The translations under genes and the position numbers were made by a program. DNA of 62,837 bases, filler included, from Choristocarpus tenellus KU-1152 (taxonomy: Eukaryota; Protista; Phaeophyceae), in NCBI GenBank assembly GCA_964200185.2. It is 6 parts of 6 records of this genome, joined end to end, with 100 filler letters (N's around TTAATTAATTAA, not from the genome) between each part and the next. Parts side by side here need not be neighbours in the genome. Positions count along the whole stretch, not along the records: positions 38,518 to 57,536 come from CAXNAD020000498.1; 5 more parts are not named here. One strand, given 5' to 3'. Positions 45,301 through 57,636 of this stretch are shown here, piece after piece (the first letter of the stretch is position 1; every line of letters begins with the position of its first letter). The notes under the pieces were generated by a model. It searched no databases. It was not told the DNA's origin and worked only from the letters and a program-made list of their open reading frames with translations.

Positions 45301-48300
45301 GCTACTCTACCCCTCATAATATATCCTACTAAGTATTCCTCATCATATGCACATATTGCCTTTCCTTTCCAAAAGATGGAGGAGCTACCTGTAGCACTGC
45401 AAAGAGCTCCTTCCATTCCAGAATGCCTCTAAAATCCCGATCATGTGTTCTGAGAAGTCAAGGGTGTGCGGTAGCAAATGGAGAGGGGAGTGGTGTCAGA
45501 TAAGAATACGTGCACTCCTTCTACTCATGAGTTGAATAATGGAAAGTACTGTTTTGAGAGTTTCGGTCCAATGTCAATACAAAGTATTAAGACTTGTACT
45601 TCTAGCCGGACCGTAATTCTACTACTGCAGCTATTGAAATGAAAGTATCTTAGAGGGTACAAGTTTTGCCCTGTTTGTCCGTTTGGGGCTTGGCTTCCCA
45701 AGGGTTTTATAATGACATTTTCCTACTCTGGAATATTTTGGAGTTGGTAAATGTATACGTTATGAAAAGGTATGTCTAGAACAATGATATTGACACTTGC
45801 TAGCAAACACGATTGCCAAGATTACATCAAAATCGCAACATTAGATTTTGGCCCCCAAATGGGCACGGCTCTACCCTCTAAGATACTTTGATTGATTGCA
45901 GATTACTCTCCTCTCTACAAACCTACTATTCGTATACATTGGGGAATGCTATTCAGGTATGGTTAATATGAGCATCCTCGTGACAAACATTGCGTTGTCT
46001 TTGTCTCGGATTTTCCTATGCAGGGAAAATACAGATTGTTACCATAAAGGACTGCCAGGTCACAGTATGATTATGAGACAGAAGAAAAGGCAATGAAGTC
46101 CTCCAAGCAATGTAACCAGAATGTAATAAAGAGTGAAAGTATCTTAGAGGGTACGAGTTTTTGCCCTGTTTGTCCATTTGGACTTGGCTTTCCACGGGTT
46201 CTTTTATGACATTTTTCCTACTCCCAAATGTTTAAGAATAGGTAAGTGTGTATGCTACGAAAAGGTGTGTCCAGAACATGGATATTGACACTTCCTAACA
46301 AGCACGATAGCCAAAATTGCATCGAAATCGCAACATTGGATTTTGGTTCCCAAATGAACACGGCTCTACCCTCTAAGATACTTTGGTTCTTTGGGGCTTG
46401 GCTTCCCACGAGTTTTTAATGACATTTTACCTACTCCCAAATGTTTTCGAGTAGATAAAATGTATGCGTTATGAAAGGTTGTGTCTGTAACAAGGATAGA
46501 GTGGAAGTATCTTAGAGGGTACGAGTTTTTGCCCTGTTTGTCCATTTAACCTTGGCTTTCCATGGATTCTTTTATGACATTTTCCTTCTCCAAAATGTTT
46601 AGGAATAGGTAAGTGTATATGTTACGAAAAGGTGTGTCCAGAACATGGATATTGACACTTCCTAACTAGCACGATAGCCAAAATTGCATAGAAATCGCAA
46701 CATTGGATTTTGGTCCCCAAATGAACACGGCTCTACCCTCTAAGATACTTTGGTTCTTTGGGGCTTAACTTCCCACGTTATTTGATTACATTTTACCTAC
46801 TCCCAAATGTTTCAGAGTAGGTAAAATGTGTAAGTTATGAAAAGTTGTGTCCGGAACAAGGATATTGACATCTGTCCGAAAGTATCTGGGGGGTGGGAGG
46901 GGGTCTACACCAGGGTGTCTATTTGGGCCAAAATCAGGAAAGTGCATTTACATTATCCATCCGACGTATACAACCAAATCACCCAAAAATCGCGACATGA
47001 AAATATTGACCCCAACTGGACAGCCGCCACCCCCCCCCAGATACTTTGAGCCTCTCCTAACAAACATGATAGCCAAAATTACACCAAAATAGCAACATCG
47101 GATTGTATCCCCAAAGAGATGCGGCTCTACCCTCTAAGATACTTTGACTCATATATCTCCTAACAAACATGATAGCCGAAACTACATCCAAATCATAACA
47201 TTGAACTTTTGCCCCCAAAATGGACGCGGCTCTACCCTCTAAGATACTTTGACTCAAACACAACAGTAAATCAAATGCCTCATCACAATGTTGCATTGTA
47301 ACCTTGGTGATATATGGAACATGTTGTACTCCCTGTGGATAGTTTTTCCCCTCACAACGACCTTCAGGAAGGGAAGAAATACTCTAATTTCCCCACCTCA
47401 ATGGCTCTAATCGCACAGTAGACAGAAGAAATTGGGTGGGGGCATAAATCCAAGACAAGAATGTGTTACAGACCTGAACGCTGCTTGGGATAAGGCAGCG
47501 AAAATGTATTTCATCCCCTCATCACAAAGAGATTCTCGGTCCAAATTCTCCAATAACCTTTGCGTAAATTCAACTTCTGGCCTCATCCCAGTGAGCTCGA
47601 GAAGGTGAGTCAACAGGGTCTGCAGGCTATCGTAGGCTTGATAGGACTGCCTTGCTCTCAAATCCTCTTCCCCATTGACAGTTCCACCCCATGTTCTTCT
47701 CCCACCCATTTCCCCATGCTCGACAGGGAGCACTTTCCTTGCGGTCTAGAATGACCCAGGGTTTTGTAAGTATGTTTGGTTGGTGAAACTGGAAATTGAG
47801 TAAAGGACATATCTATCACAAAATGACAGGTATCTTTGAGTAACGTTTGGGTTTGTAGGGTAGGTGGGTGATTATGTGGTTTAGTAGCAAAGTCGGAAGG
47901 ATAAACACGTGCAGGGAATCAATAGATGGAGATGCATATGTGATATAAGAATATTGAAAAAAAAAGAAAAAAACAGGGAGAAGCAAGAAATATTTATATG
48001 AATCCATGGTTCTCTACTCGCATGGTCTTATTGAATATTCATACCCTGCTCACCAAACCTGGATCCCAAAAAGCCGACCAAAAAAAATTCAAGCACCATC
48101 AGGTCTTCTTTTTAAAAGTCTCATCTCAACCCCAATCAGCACCCCAGACTTTGGGCAGGATACTCTACCAGTACCATCCCTGGTACAATCAACATCTTTG
48201 CTTGTATTCCACTAAAGAAGATATGAGACGCCATTGGAATCAACAATGATGGAATGTTCCTTGAAGCAATTAATATTGCTTGGTACATTCCCCACTAAAG

Positions 48301-51300
48301 ATTCTGGTACAGTTCCCCCAGCACACTTTTCTTTCAGAATTTGAAGACGTGGAGCCCGGATGGAACCAAGAATCTCCTCTGAATCTCCTACAGCATTTAC
48401 GAAGAACGCTGGAGCAAGAAATATATGTGACATCTGTGCCAGTCCCTTCCACGTTCATCAGCAACATTCACTGCGCAAAACACACCTGAACAAACCCTTT
48501 GATCACTGATTCCATCTTCTTCTTCCATCTGTCACAAAGCAGTGATTCCTCATGCACCAACCTTATTTCCTCTCTTTGCTTGGGAATATCAAGGGACACA
48601 TCATCTTTGGCACTGAAGACCGAGCCAATCTTGAGTGCAGAGAGAGGGTCAGACAAAGAACATGCTGCTGCTTATTGTAGTAGTAGTGTGACAACCATGG
48701 TGAGATCTTAGTGACATCTTGCTAGACATGCGCTCTACATATGTACATGGTCAGGGGTATTGTTCTTGGGTCTTGTCGTTGATATCCTCTACCCTCTCAA
48801 CTAAACAGAGACAGTCACTCTGTGTAGTCGCTATCCTACCACCAGGATAATTTTCTGGAGTGTGTTATGGAGAAGTTTGCCTCTACTATACATTGCCGAA
48901 TAGAGCCAAGCAGTGTTTCTCATTGTCAAGGCAAGAGATTCTGTGCCACATTGCCTCCCTATTGTACGTAGTGTACCTATAAGAAAAATCATTCTATGTA
49001 GTGCAATCTACAGACCAAAGTGCTCTTGCTGCGCTGGAACCCAAGGATCATTCACCTACTGAGCAAAGGTGTGACCTCAATGACGTGCCATGCACTCTCG
49101 AAAATAACCTACGCTTTCCGATCGGCACTGTACAACTCGTGTTCGTTGTAACTTAGGCAAAGTTCAACTTGTAATTTTTTCCTTTAGAGGATACTCTTCC
49201 TGCTCCCTGCCATACCCCAATCATCCAAAAGATTACAAGCACGGTGACTCAATTCTTCTGCATTTCCTACCTCAAAACCCTTTTTGTTTTCTGCCATTTC
49301 AATAAGTTCTGAAACCACCATCCTGCTGTACGGCAAGGAGGCATCCAGTCGATACTCTCCACTTGGTTGTGTGCAGTTAAAGAGGCCAGCAATCTCAGTC
49401 TCCGTGTCGCAGTTAGAAAGGCTAACAATAAGGAATGGACATCCCTCTGCATCAGACCCCTATCACGCAAAATAAGAGTAGGAGATTGGGGCGAAAGTCT
49501 TTTGGTTTAAATATAGGGAGAGGGCCTTTGTTGGGGATATTGTTGAAGTTGATATTCTAGCTGGGGCTATAGTGAGTTAAAATACAGCTTGTAATGTGGT
49601 TGTGCCTGGGTATGCTTGCCAAGGCCAGGGACATGGACAAGAATGTATGTGTGCTGAGGGATAATATGGCAATAAATTGGGGCTAACTTGTGCAGTGGAG
49701 GTATGATGGAAACCATAGAAAAAAAAAGTTGACTTGATGGAGGGTAGAGTATTCTTAGAGCAGATCTAGGGAGATGGCAGCACATGATGTCTGCATCAGG
49801 TCGACAGTAATAGAGTGATATAGTCGACCACCACCTAAGAAATAATGTTAACAATGTAGGTGGGACATTTGTCACAACTGCATGACTACTGTTCTTCACA
49901 AAGATGCAAATAATAATAAATTTACACAGGAAAAAAAGCATACATTGTTTCCCTAGGTTTGAAAACGTCAGGCTGAGCCATTGTTTGAGCTTATAGTAAT
50001 ACTACTTGTTTGACTATTGATAATCAAATCTGTGAAGTATCGATGGACTCAAGGAGTTTTGTGAAGCCTTCTGTAGAAGGTATAAAATCACCTATCTTAG
50101 GAAGTATATTTATTGTGTGACCATAATACATAAAAATGTATAGACTAAGAAACGACTTGTTTGGTCAAAACCTAAAGTTGATCGAATATGACCAGCCGCC
50201 ACCCTCCCCCCTGGTACTTTGAGCCTAGCTCATCAATTATATACCACACCCTCCAGGGGTTGTCAATTCCTATGCACATTAGTTGTAATAAGGTAAGATC
50301 GCTAAGGGATGCAGCCAGTGAAGGTGTTAGTTCTCTAGAGCTTGGTTTTGTACTTCAAAACAACCAAGATCAAGACTCTCCTCACTGCAAAATGGTTGAA
50401 AACAGAGGCATGCCAAGTTGATCGAGTTAATCTTAGAGAGCGGCATGTTGGACAAGCCATTAATGTGTGAAAAGCATGTTGTGTACTGCTAAGGTTGCTG
50501 TTGAAAATGGTCATTCCTAGACAGTCCGCCAATGGCCTACACCCTCCCCCTCAGCTCAAACTCATGTAATATTCATGGCCTCCAAAGAGACTACCTCCCC
50601 TAGACTCGTATCAGCTTACTGTGCGGTGTCGAACTGCAGACAAGAGAGCTGCAGCTCCCTTCTGTCCCAGCATGTTCCCATCGAGATTGAGAGATGTCAA
50701 TGACTGGTTGGCCTTGCAGGCACTGGCAATGACCATTGTTGCCGAAGGTGTCACACCATTGAAAGAAAGATTCAGTGTCTAGAGAAGGGGGGGGAGGGGC
50801 GGGGTGATGAGAGGAGAGCTGTGAGTCCTGAGTCTGGAGCTAATGGATTGGTGAAGGAGTGGAGATGGGAAGGGGAAAAGGGATGGCCTTAGGAGAAGGG
50901 GTGAGAAGTTAGTGTTGACTGATGGTTGGTAGTGGGGGGGTTGGACGAACAAAAGGAAAAAAATGGAAAACAGGGCACAACTTCTGAAGGGTACCATCTC
51001 CCGACAGTCATGAGGCTAGGTTGGGCAAACCAAACCCTAAAGATCATGGCATCTAACACTACCACCCTAGACCATTCTTATTTTCGTGATGTTGGTGAGG
51101 ATTGTAATTTGGTACAAGAGGGGATGCAAGGGGGTTTTATCTTTCTGTGCACCTATGCAAAATTTTCCAAACATGCAAGCAGAGAAATATCTCAAGTCCA
51201 CAGCACTCTTGACTACAGCGCAAATGAATTGGTGCTATACGTGTTCTATAGTCGGGAAAGTATTTCAATTTCTGGGTTTCTGCAGTTAGTTTTGAAGGGA

Positions 51301-54300
51301 AAAATAAGATCTCTCTGATATGAGTTGATGACGGATATCACATTTGTTTGACCAAATTTCGCCTTCACCAGCTTAAAGTGAACCAATTCGAGATCCAGTC
51401 AAAGTAATCAAAACAGATCCACCTCAGATCTCCGGCTTTTCTAATGCATGAACTCTATCTAGTAGGTGTGATACCACCATACTTTCTTCGTAATTGTGGT
51501 ACATGCCAACTACATTTAGCTGAAGAGCAAGAAAACCGGAGGATATCTTGACTCTGAAACGAGAATCAATAGACACACTGTTGGTACTTTGGGATATCAA
51601 CGAAAGGATGTGTACTGGGACATGTCAGGTGCACAATACTTTTTAAATTCATGACGTCGATGGTATGGGGATATACTGATACAATCTAGGTGGAGCAGAG
51701 TTTAGTGCATTCATGCCTCAGTTTCTCAGTATAATCCAAATTGTAGAGTGCATTACAGAATTGCAATAGAGACTTGAAATCCCTCACTCTGCAGAGATGC
51801 GTTCAATATATTGATCAAATGATGTTAATCGCATAACTCTCCCTGTGATCTCCTCAGGCATCAGTGGTACACCACTATGTCAATAAACTTGTACCTATAT
51901 CCACATGCAATAACACGAAAACTCCATCCAAGAGCAGATACAAAGGTTCACATTGCAAGTCTTGTACCTCAGAGGACTGTACATTCGACTATAAGAAAAC
52001 TTGGGGGATTTCTGGTGCCAAGTCCTTTATATTCCGTACTAGCTCACTTTTCCCAATTTTTCTTTATCGCCAGTGATTTTGGCCATAGTGTTTACCTGAA
52101 GTGTCACATTATGTCGCAGAGAGTCCCCTATTTCCTTGCTGGCATCTTCGGAAAAGGAGTTGTGTGCCACACTAAGAGCTGTCAGACCATTGTTTTCCCT
52201 CAGTGCTATCCCCATCTCCAACGCACTCTTCAGTCTGATGTTGTTCCAGGCAAGGTCTAGGTCCTTTAGTGTATGATTCTCTTTCATCATTTCTGAAATC
52301 GCCTGTTGGGAGGAGTGCGGGGAGTGAAATGGGGACGATGTGTCCAGCCTAAGATGCTTGTGTGTCCAAGGTGTTTTCTCTATTCGATATGAAAAAAAGC
52401 AGCAAAGCATCTGCCAGATGGTGTGTGCCATGCTATATGCTCACTGAGTTGGTATTGATAAATTCAATACAGGGTTTGGGGCTGGTGGGAATCAATCGCT
52501 CTATTGAGGCTCCCATCATACCATAATGTTGGGATGAAATAGCTTCCTATAAATTGTGTAAATGGCAAAGTGGTACACACCCAAGACAGCAAGCAACCCC
52601 AGCCTCTGCCCCCCAACAGGTATCATCGCAACAGCAGGCACATAACAAATGCTCTTACATGTATTCATGAGAACACAAATAACAGATGTGGAGTTGTGAT
52701 TAGACGCATGAATGTTTCCCCCATCCCACTAACTAGACCACTTCTTCACTCTAGCACGTGAGGTATTGACCATGCATTCATTTGTGCCATGAGTTCCACA
52801 TGCATATTATCCTAGAGGGTTCACGACTTGGGTCTATTGTTTCGATTTTATTTGGCCAGCGTCCATCATGGACATGCATTGTACGCCCCCCTCACTCTGC
52901 TGATATTGATGTTTCAGGAAAAGATTGCAGTGTGGAAGGAGAAGATTTTGTTGTTTCGAGAATACTGCAAGCTTGAAATAATAACTCCCACCTGTCAGTG
53001 CTGTCTGAAATACTATAGTATCAAGGAAGATAAGACTCTAGCAACAGGTTACCCTCAAAGAAAAAATTGCTCCTATATAAAGCTCTCTCACAGTTATATT
53101 CAAGTTGGAGATTTCTAGTCTCTAGGGCACAATGACGTGAGGAAAAGGAAGGTTCCGTTCAATGCTTGACTTACATGTAGCAGGCATATAGAATAGTAAC
53201 CTCTGATTGCATCATATGCCTAGGGGAAACAGGATGTTGAGTGTCTCTTGAGCTACTTCGTAAGGAATCAGATTATCTAGGGTACCCCATAGTTGCCGCT
53301 TTGAAAAACGTGTGAGCAGCTCTTTTGACTTGCGGTCACTTTTTCCCCCTACAGTACCTCGCCGCCAGTGATGGTGTCTGGTTGGACAATGTTTAGCGTC
53401 TCTGCATCACCAATTTTGTTCCCTGCAATGTGTATTCAAAAGACGCGAATAAAAACAAGAATTCCATGCTATTAACAAGGTTGGTACAAGAATTTCGATA
53501 CAACATAGTGTGAGGGATGGGGATCAAGTTGGAGATGACCAAACACCACACACACTGATATATTATGGAAGCAACCGGGGTAAGTTGTAGACTGAGAGTT
53601 CACCTCGGCAAAAACAGGAGTGCAGGTGACGGTCTGTCAATAGACCAAGATCCAGTTGAGCTACCACGGAGGTTTAGATTGTTCTGGAGGAATTTTGAAC
53701 GAGCTATCAGAGGTACCAATTATCACAGGAAACCTCAAGGTGGGAATAGATCCTTGTAATATGAATTTCTTTCCCAGCTTCTAACGATGGTGATTATTAT
53801 GTGATGGATTTGTCCTAGTTCTGTAAAATACACGTACATCTAACACGCTTCATCAACGACACTCATCTGCTCCTGAAGACCTCTTGACAACCATCCTGGC
53901 TAATTCTGTAAAATATCTCCTTAGGGTATCGAGTTCAAGGCTCAATATGTTGGACTCAACTTTGCAACACAAAAACGAATCTAAAACACACCCATTAATT
54001 GTATTCTGTATGCCTCTCTGAAGCAATGTCTCAATACAGCTGCTAGCACCCAGAAGATAGCTTCCTACTCGACTCTAGAGCAGCACGTTTTCATTGTACA
54101 GTGCTACTACTACTGTGTGGAGACTGGTAGACACATGAGAGCGGACTAACTATTTCTTACTACAGCAAACAGCAGTGTGACCTGATAGGTTGAGGAGGGC
54201 AAGGGACCTATTGAGCTCCATAGCTTTCATGAGCTGACAGCACTCCCTGTCATCCACATCGGCCTGGCAGAGAGTAAGTTCCTCCAGTGTACAGAACCGA

Positions 54301-57118
54301 TGAGTGAGGTATTTCCTAATAGTGTCTGCAGCATGGTCCACCTAGTAGATAGGGCATAATTAAGTGTACAATCAAGTTCATGGCAAAAAACCTACAAATA
54401 TTATCTCGTTGTTGGTGCCACTACTAAAGCTGCGTTTTTGTCATGTATGCAATACAAACAAGCAAATATAATGTAAGACTGACCCTCAACTGTAGATGTA
54501 CGGGCATGGAGGTCTCCTCATTGTGTTGGCAGATACAATATGTAACCATTGGAGACATGCTTAACCCCTTCTTTTTACTAAGAAATCCTGACCTTGTTGG
54601 CAGATAAATCGACCCGAAGCAGGTTTGGCATATCCACAATGAGCTGGCACAGAGGCTCAAGAGATCTGGTGCACAAAAGTTGATTCGAAGATTGATGAGG
54701 GGGTGGGTTGTGATAGCAGACAAGCATTGCAATTTTCTTAATGGAAAACCTCTACTGGATAGGATGGAGAAACGATTTAGGGTGGCAATTTCTCCGTGGG
54801 GGAAGAGCAGCAATGAAAAAAAATAGTGGAAGAGCGCGTAGTATTTGTGTACTAAAATATGTGGCGGGTTAAGATTAAGGTTAAGGTTTGGGTTAGGGTT
54901 AGGGTTAGGGCTAAGGCTAGGGCTAAGGCTAATCAAGGTTGATTGAGAACCTATGCTGCGGGTTAGGGTTAGGACCAATTGCAGAGGTGACCGAAATATG
55001 ATTCATGAGAAGGAGTGACATCTGGGGAGGGGGAATATGTTGACAGAATGCTTGAGAGCAGGTACGTTTCCCCTTCCTGCTCGAAAATGCAAGACAGTAT
55101 AGAGCCAGTTTCCTCGCAATATTCTACATCTTTCATTGAATGTATATGCACAATGCATTTCAGTCTCAATACTATGTTATTGTCACCTATATATTCTACA
55201 TGCACATGCTGGCTGAAACTTATCTAGCAGTAGTTTTTTTGCATTTCTTGTGGGCATATTCACATTTCTTCCTTTCATTGGTGGTACCGCTATGCTCCGG
55301 TTTGAGTAGATTATACTCATTTGCGTTGACCAAATCCATCAGTCAGGCTACAGGTGGTTTACCTGTCAGTCAGTCTGTTGTCTGCTACATTAAGGCTCTC
55401 TATTTCTGGTAATCGTGCCAGCACCTGACTTTCACATGTGTAGGGGGAACATAAAACGACAAGGTTGTAGTGGAAGTGACAATAATTGCTGTGAATACAC
55501 AATGTGTGTGATGCCTGACTCCAAAAAATGGAAAGTGGGCATTGGGAGTCAAGCCTAGAAGTGCAAAAAGCTAACCAAAATTCAGTCCGAAAGAATGGAC
55601 GTGGTGGGAGGACCACCATGTGATCAGGGAAAAAGCTTGGTAAGGAGGCAGGAGCTTGTGGGTCAGCTCACTGAAACACTGTTTTGACCTCTTGCTTCAC
55701 AGCATGGGGTACTCTTCTTTATTGTCGGCAGTGACAAGTCGAACTGAGATTGGTATGTACCTTCAAAGACTCTCTTTGTCTTAGTAATGATAAATTGTTT
55801 GTAATCCTGTGGGCAGCTATATAAAGAGTAAAATATCATAGTATTCAGAGATATGTAAGGAACTCACTAGTATACATCCTACATTTGGGCTAGGATTCAT
55901 TCCTACCTTATACATGTTGTGGTATTCATCGGAAAGAAACCTGGTAATGATAGCGATCTGATCAACATACTAGGAGAGTAGTGCCAAAAAAAATATTGAG
56001 AATGTATGAACTAAATCATATCAGTAAAGAGAGTACAATATTGAAGCTCAAGCATGTCGAGTATCGATGGATGTGGAAGTGAGATATCAGCAATCTAAAT
56101 AGTTGAGTAGGATAATGGTATCAGAATCAGTTTTTCAACACAGTGATCGAAAAAGGAGAGGATCTCACGGTTTCTCTTGTCTCATGTGCTCAAGGAATAA
56201 GCGGGCTTCCCTCCTCTCTTCACTTTGGCTTCTGCACCTGTTTCAATTCAAGGGGAAGAGTGATATATACTACATATCTGTATTTGCGGCTACAGTAACA
56301 CTCTTATCACACCCCTTAGTGGTGTGTCCACAGGATTTGGTGACCACTTGCATACAAGAAATTCATGGTCCTCAGCTGTGCAAGATCGAAACCTCAGCTC
56401 ACCAAGATATAAGGAGCTGCAGCAAATACTTGAACTAGGTAATGTCAAAACCGAAACAGTAAAATTCCACACTGTAGATTAAGCCAAGAATCTGACTCTC
56501 CTTTATTTGGCTGCAGTAGATAAGTTTAAATCCTTACAACCAAGGCCAACCCCAACCCTGGTGCCATTCTCTCTCACATCGCATCATCAACAAATGAATG
56601 AATATCAATTGGGAAGAAACCTTTGTTTCATCCAAAAAAAATGCCCCAAAGGCTCAAAGTATCTGGGAGGAGTGGCGGATGTCCATTTGGGGTCAATTTT
56701 TCATATCTCAATTTTTTGGTGATTTGGTTGCATACGTCGGATGGATAATGTAAATGCACTTTTCCTGATTTTGGACAAAATGGACACCCTGGTGTAGTCC
56801 CCCCCGCCCCCCAGATACTTTGGGTCAAAAGCCTTTCCCCAATATTGATTTAGGAGAGCTAGACAGGCTGCTGAGCCATTGAAGGCCTCGTAATGACTCA
56901 GCATGATGTATGGGCTATTCTTTTTGGGTCAAACATGTCGTCTTTCATGGCACATTTTATCTACCCTTCATTGTCAGTAATCTCACCTCTGTCATAGCCA
57001 ATATGATATCGTCTCCCAGTCCTTTGTGACGGAGGTCCAACTCTTTGGGTCGAATCGGATCTCTCAGAAGTGCAGGCAGTGGAAGACGACCCATCTCTAG
57101 GAGCCTCCGAACGAAATC
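39383..57118 (-). CDS. Large RNI-like leucine-rich-repeat protein with an EF-hand pair and repeated NPxGxYxLDxS modules; about 18 exons, truncated at both ends
   Basis: Phase-consistent exons, e.g. 57118-56987 (ELDLRHKGLGDD), 55424-55363 (SLNVADNRLTD), ~54665-54592 (RVDLSANK), ~54341-54181, ~53423-53357, ~52302-52096 (LKDLDLAWNNIR), ~50778-50600 (LTSLNLDGNMLGQKGA), ~49459-49271 (QPSGEYRLDASLPY), ~45450-45389 (DRDFRGILEWKEL), ~44660-44558 (DIDKCGIIEESEF), ~42946-42776, ~41904-41791, ~41517-41310 (NPTGLYILDLS), ~40629-40549 (DTSQKGN), ~39574-39383 (FRNE...PNKGILRLDFVS). Confidence 0.85.
39702..39959. mobile_element. MITE family A
   Basis: Both TIRs present; flanks are taa/tag. Confidence 0.92.
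43450..43626. mobile_element. MITE family B (about 177 bp)
   Basis: TIRs GGCTCAAAGTATCTAGGGGG...CCCCCCAGATACTTTGAGCC. Confidence 0.93.
45637..45894. mobile_element. MITE family A
   Basis: tgaaagtatcttagagggtac...taccctctaagatactttga. Confidence 0.9.
46131..47255. mobile_element. Composite MITE cluster: tandemly duplicated family A units with a nested family B copy (46874-47052, TSD TCT)
   Basis: 46131-46497 and 46499-46870 are a duplicated unit of about 368 bp. B interrupts A at gatattgacaTCT[B]TCTcctaacaaac. The A end is repeated twice (47053-47150, 47155-47255). AAA flanks the whole cluster. Confidence 0.92.
50190..50225. mobile_element. Solo terminal fragment of MITE family B
   Basis: cagccgccaccctccccctggtactttgagcc. 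Confidence 0.7.
54866..54973 (+). repeat. Interstitial telomeric-type repeat cluster (TTAGGG and variants)
   Basis: gggttaagattaaggttaaggtttgggttagggttagggttagggctaaggctagggctaagg...gggttagggttagg. Confidence 0.88.
56651..56826. mobile_element. MITE family B, TSD AAA
   Basis: ggctcaaagtatctggg...cccagatactttgggtc, flanked by AAA. Confidence 0.92.
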
Positions 57119-57440
57119 CTGCATGTGTATATCGCACAGCATACAACCGCATGTTTCTATTTTCTCTATTTTCCCGCAGTAGTTTCCACCAGTACAATAA
57201 TTTGGTGCCTGAGCTTCCACAAACAAGTGTTAAGTCACTTCCAATTTTCTCAATAATATTGTCTTGATGATTGATCAAACATCCATGTTATCAATCCAAC
57301 CCTACTTCTTTCAATAACTTATATCTTTGTGCACAAAGCCTATTCGTCCAATGCAGGTACTATGTGTTGATATGGCAATTTCAGTGTTTCATTGCTCTTG
57401 GTTTATATAAAAGGATCCTTGTTTCGGTTTATCTGATGGA

Positions 57441-57536
57441 GGCTCAAAGTATCTGGGAGGGGGTGGCGACTGTCCTTTTGGGGTCAGTTTTTTCATGTCG
57501 CGATTTTTGGGTAATTTGGTTGCATACGTCGGATGG
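57441..57536. mobile_element. MITE family B truncated by the contig end
   Basis: ggctcaaagtatctgggagggggtggcg... runs into the gap. Confidence 0.88.
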
Positions 57537-57636
57537 NNNNNNNNNNNNNNNNNNNNNNNNNNNNNNNNNNNNNNNNNNNNTTAATTAATTAANNNNNNNN
57601 NNNNNNNNNNNNNNNNNNNNNNNNNNNNNNNNNNNN

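Noticed and set aside
20850-47296. Family of similar short ORFs (SILEGR..., LLGSVNI..., GGGDYTRVSI...)
   Set aside because: These are chance translations of MITE families A and B, with frames not conserved between copies.
54866-54973. TTAGGG clusters as true telomeres
   Set aside because: They are short, degenerate, internal to introns and in both orientations.
51100-56480. Weak hAT-dimerisation-like peptides at ~51180 (minus) and ~56300-56480 (plus)
   Set aside because: The resemblance is too faint to support without a search.
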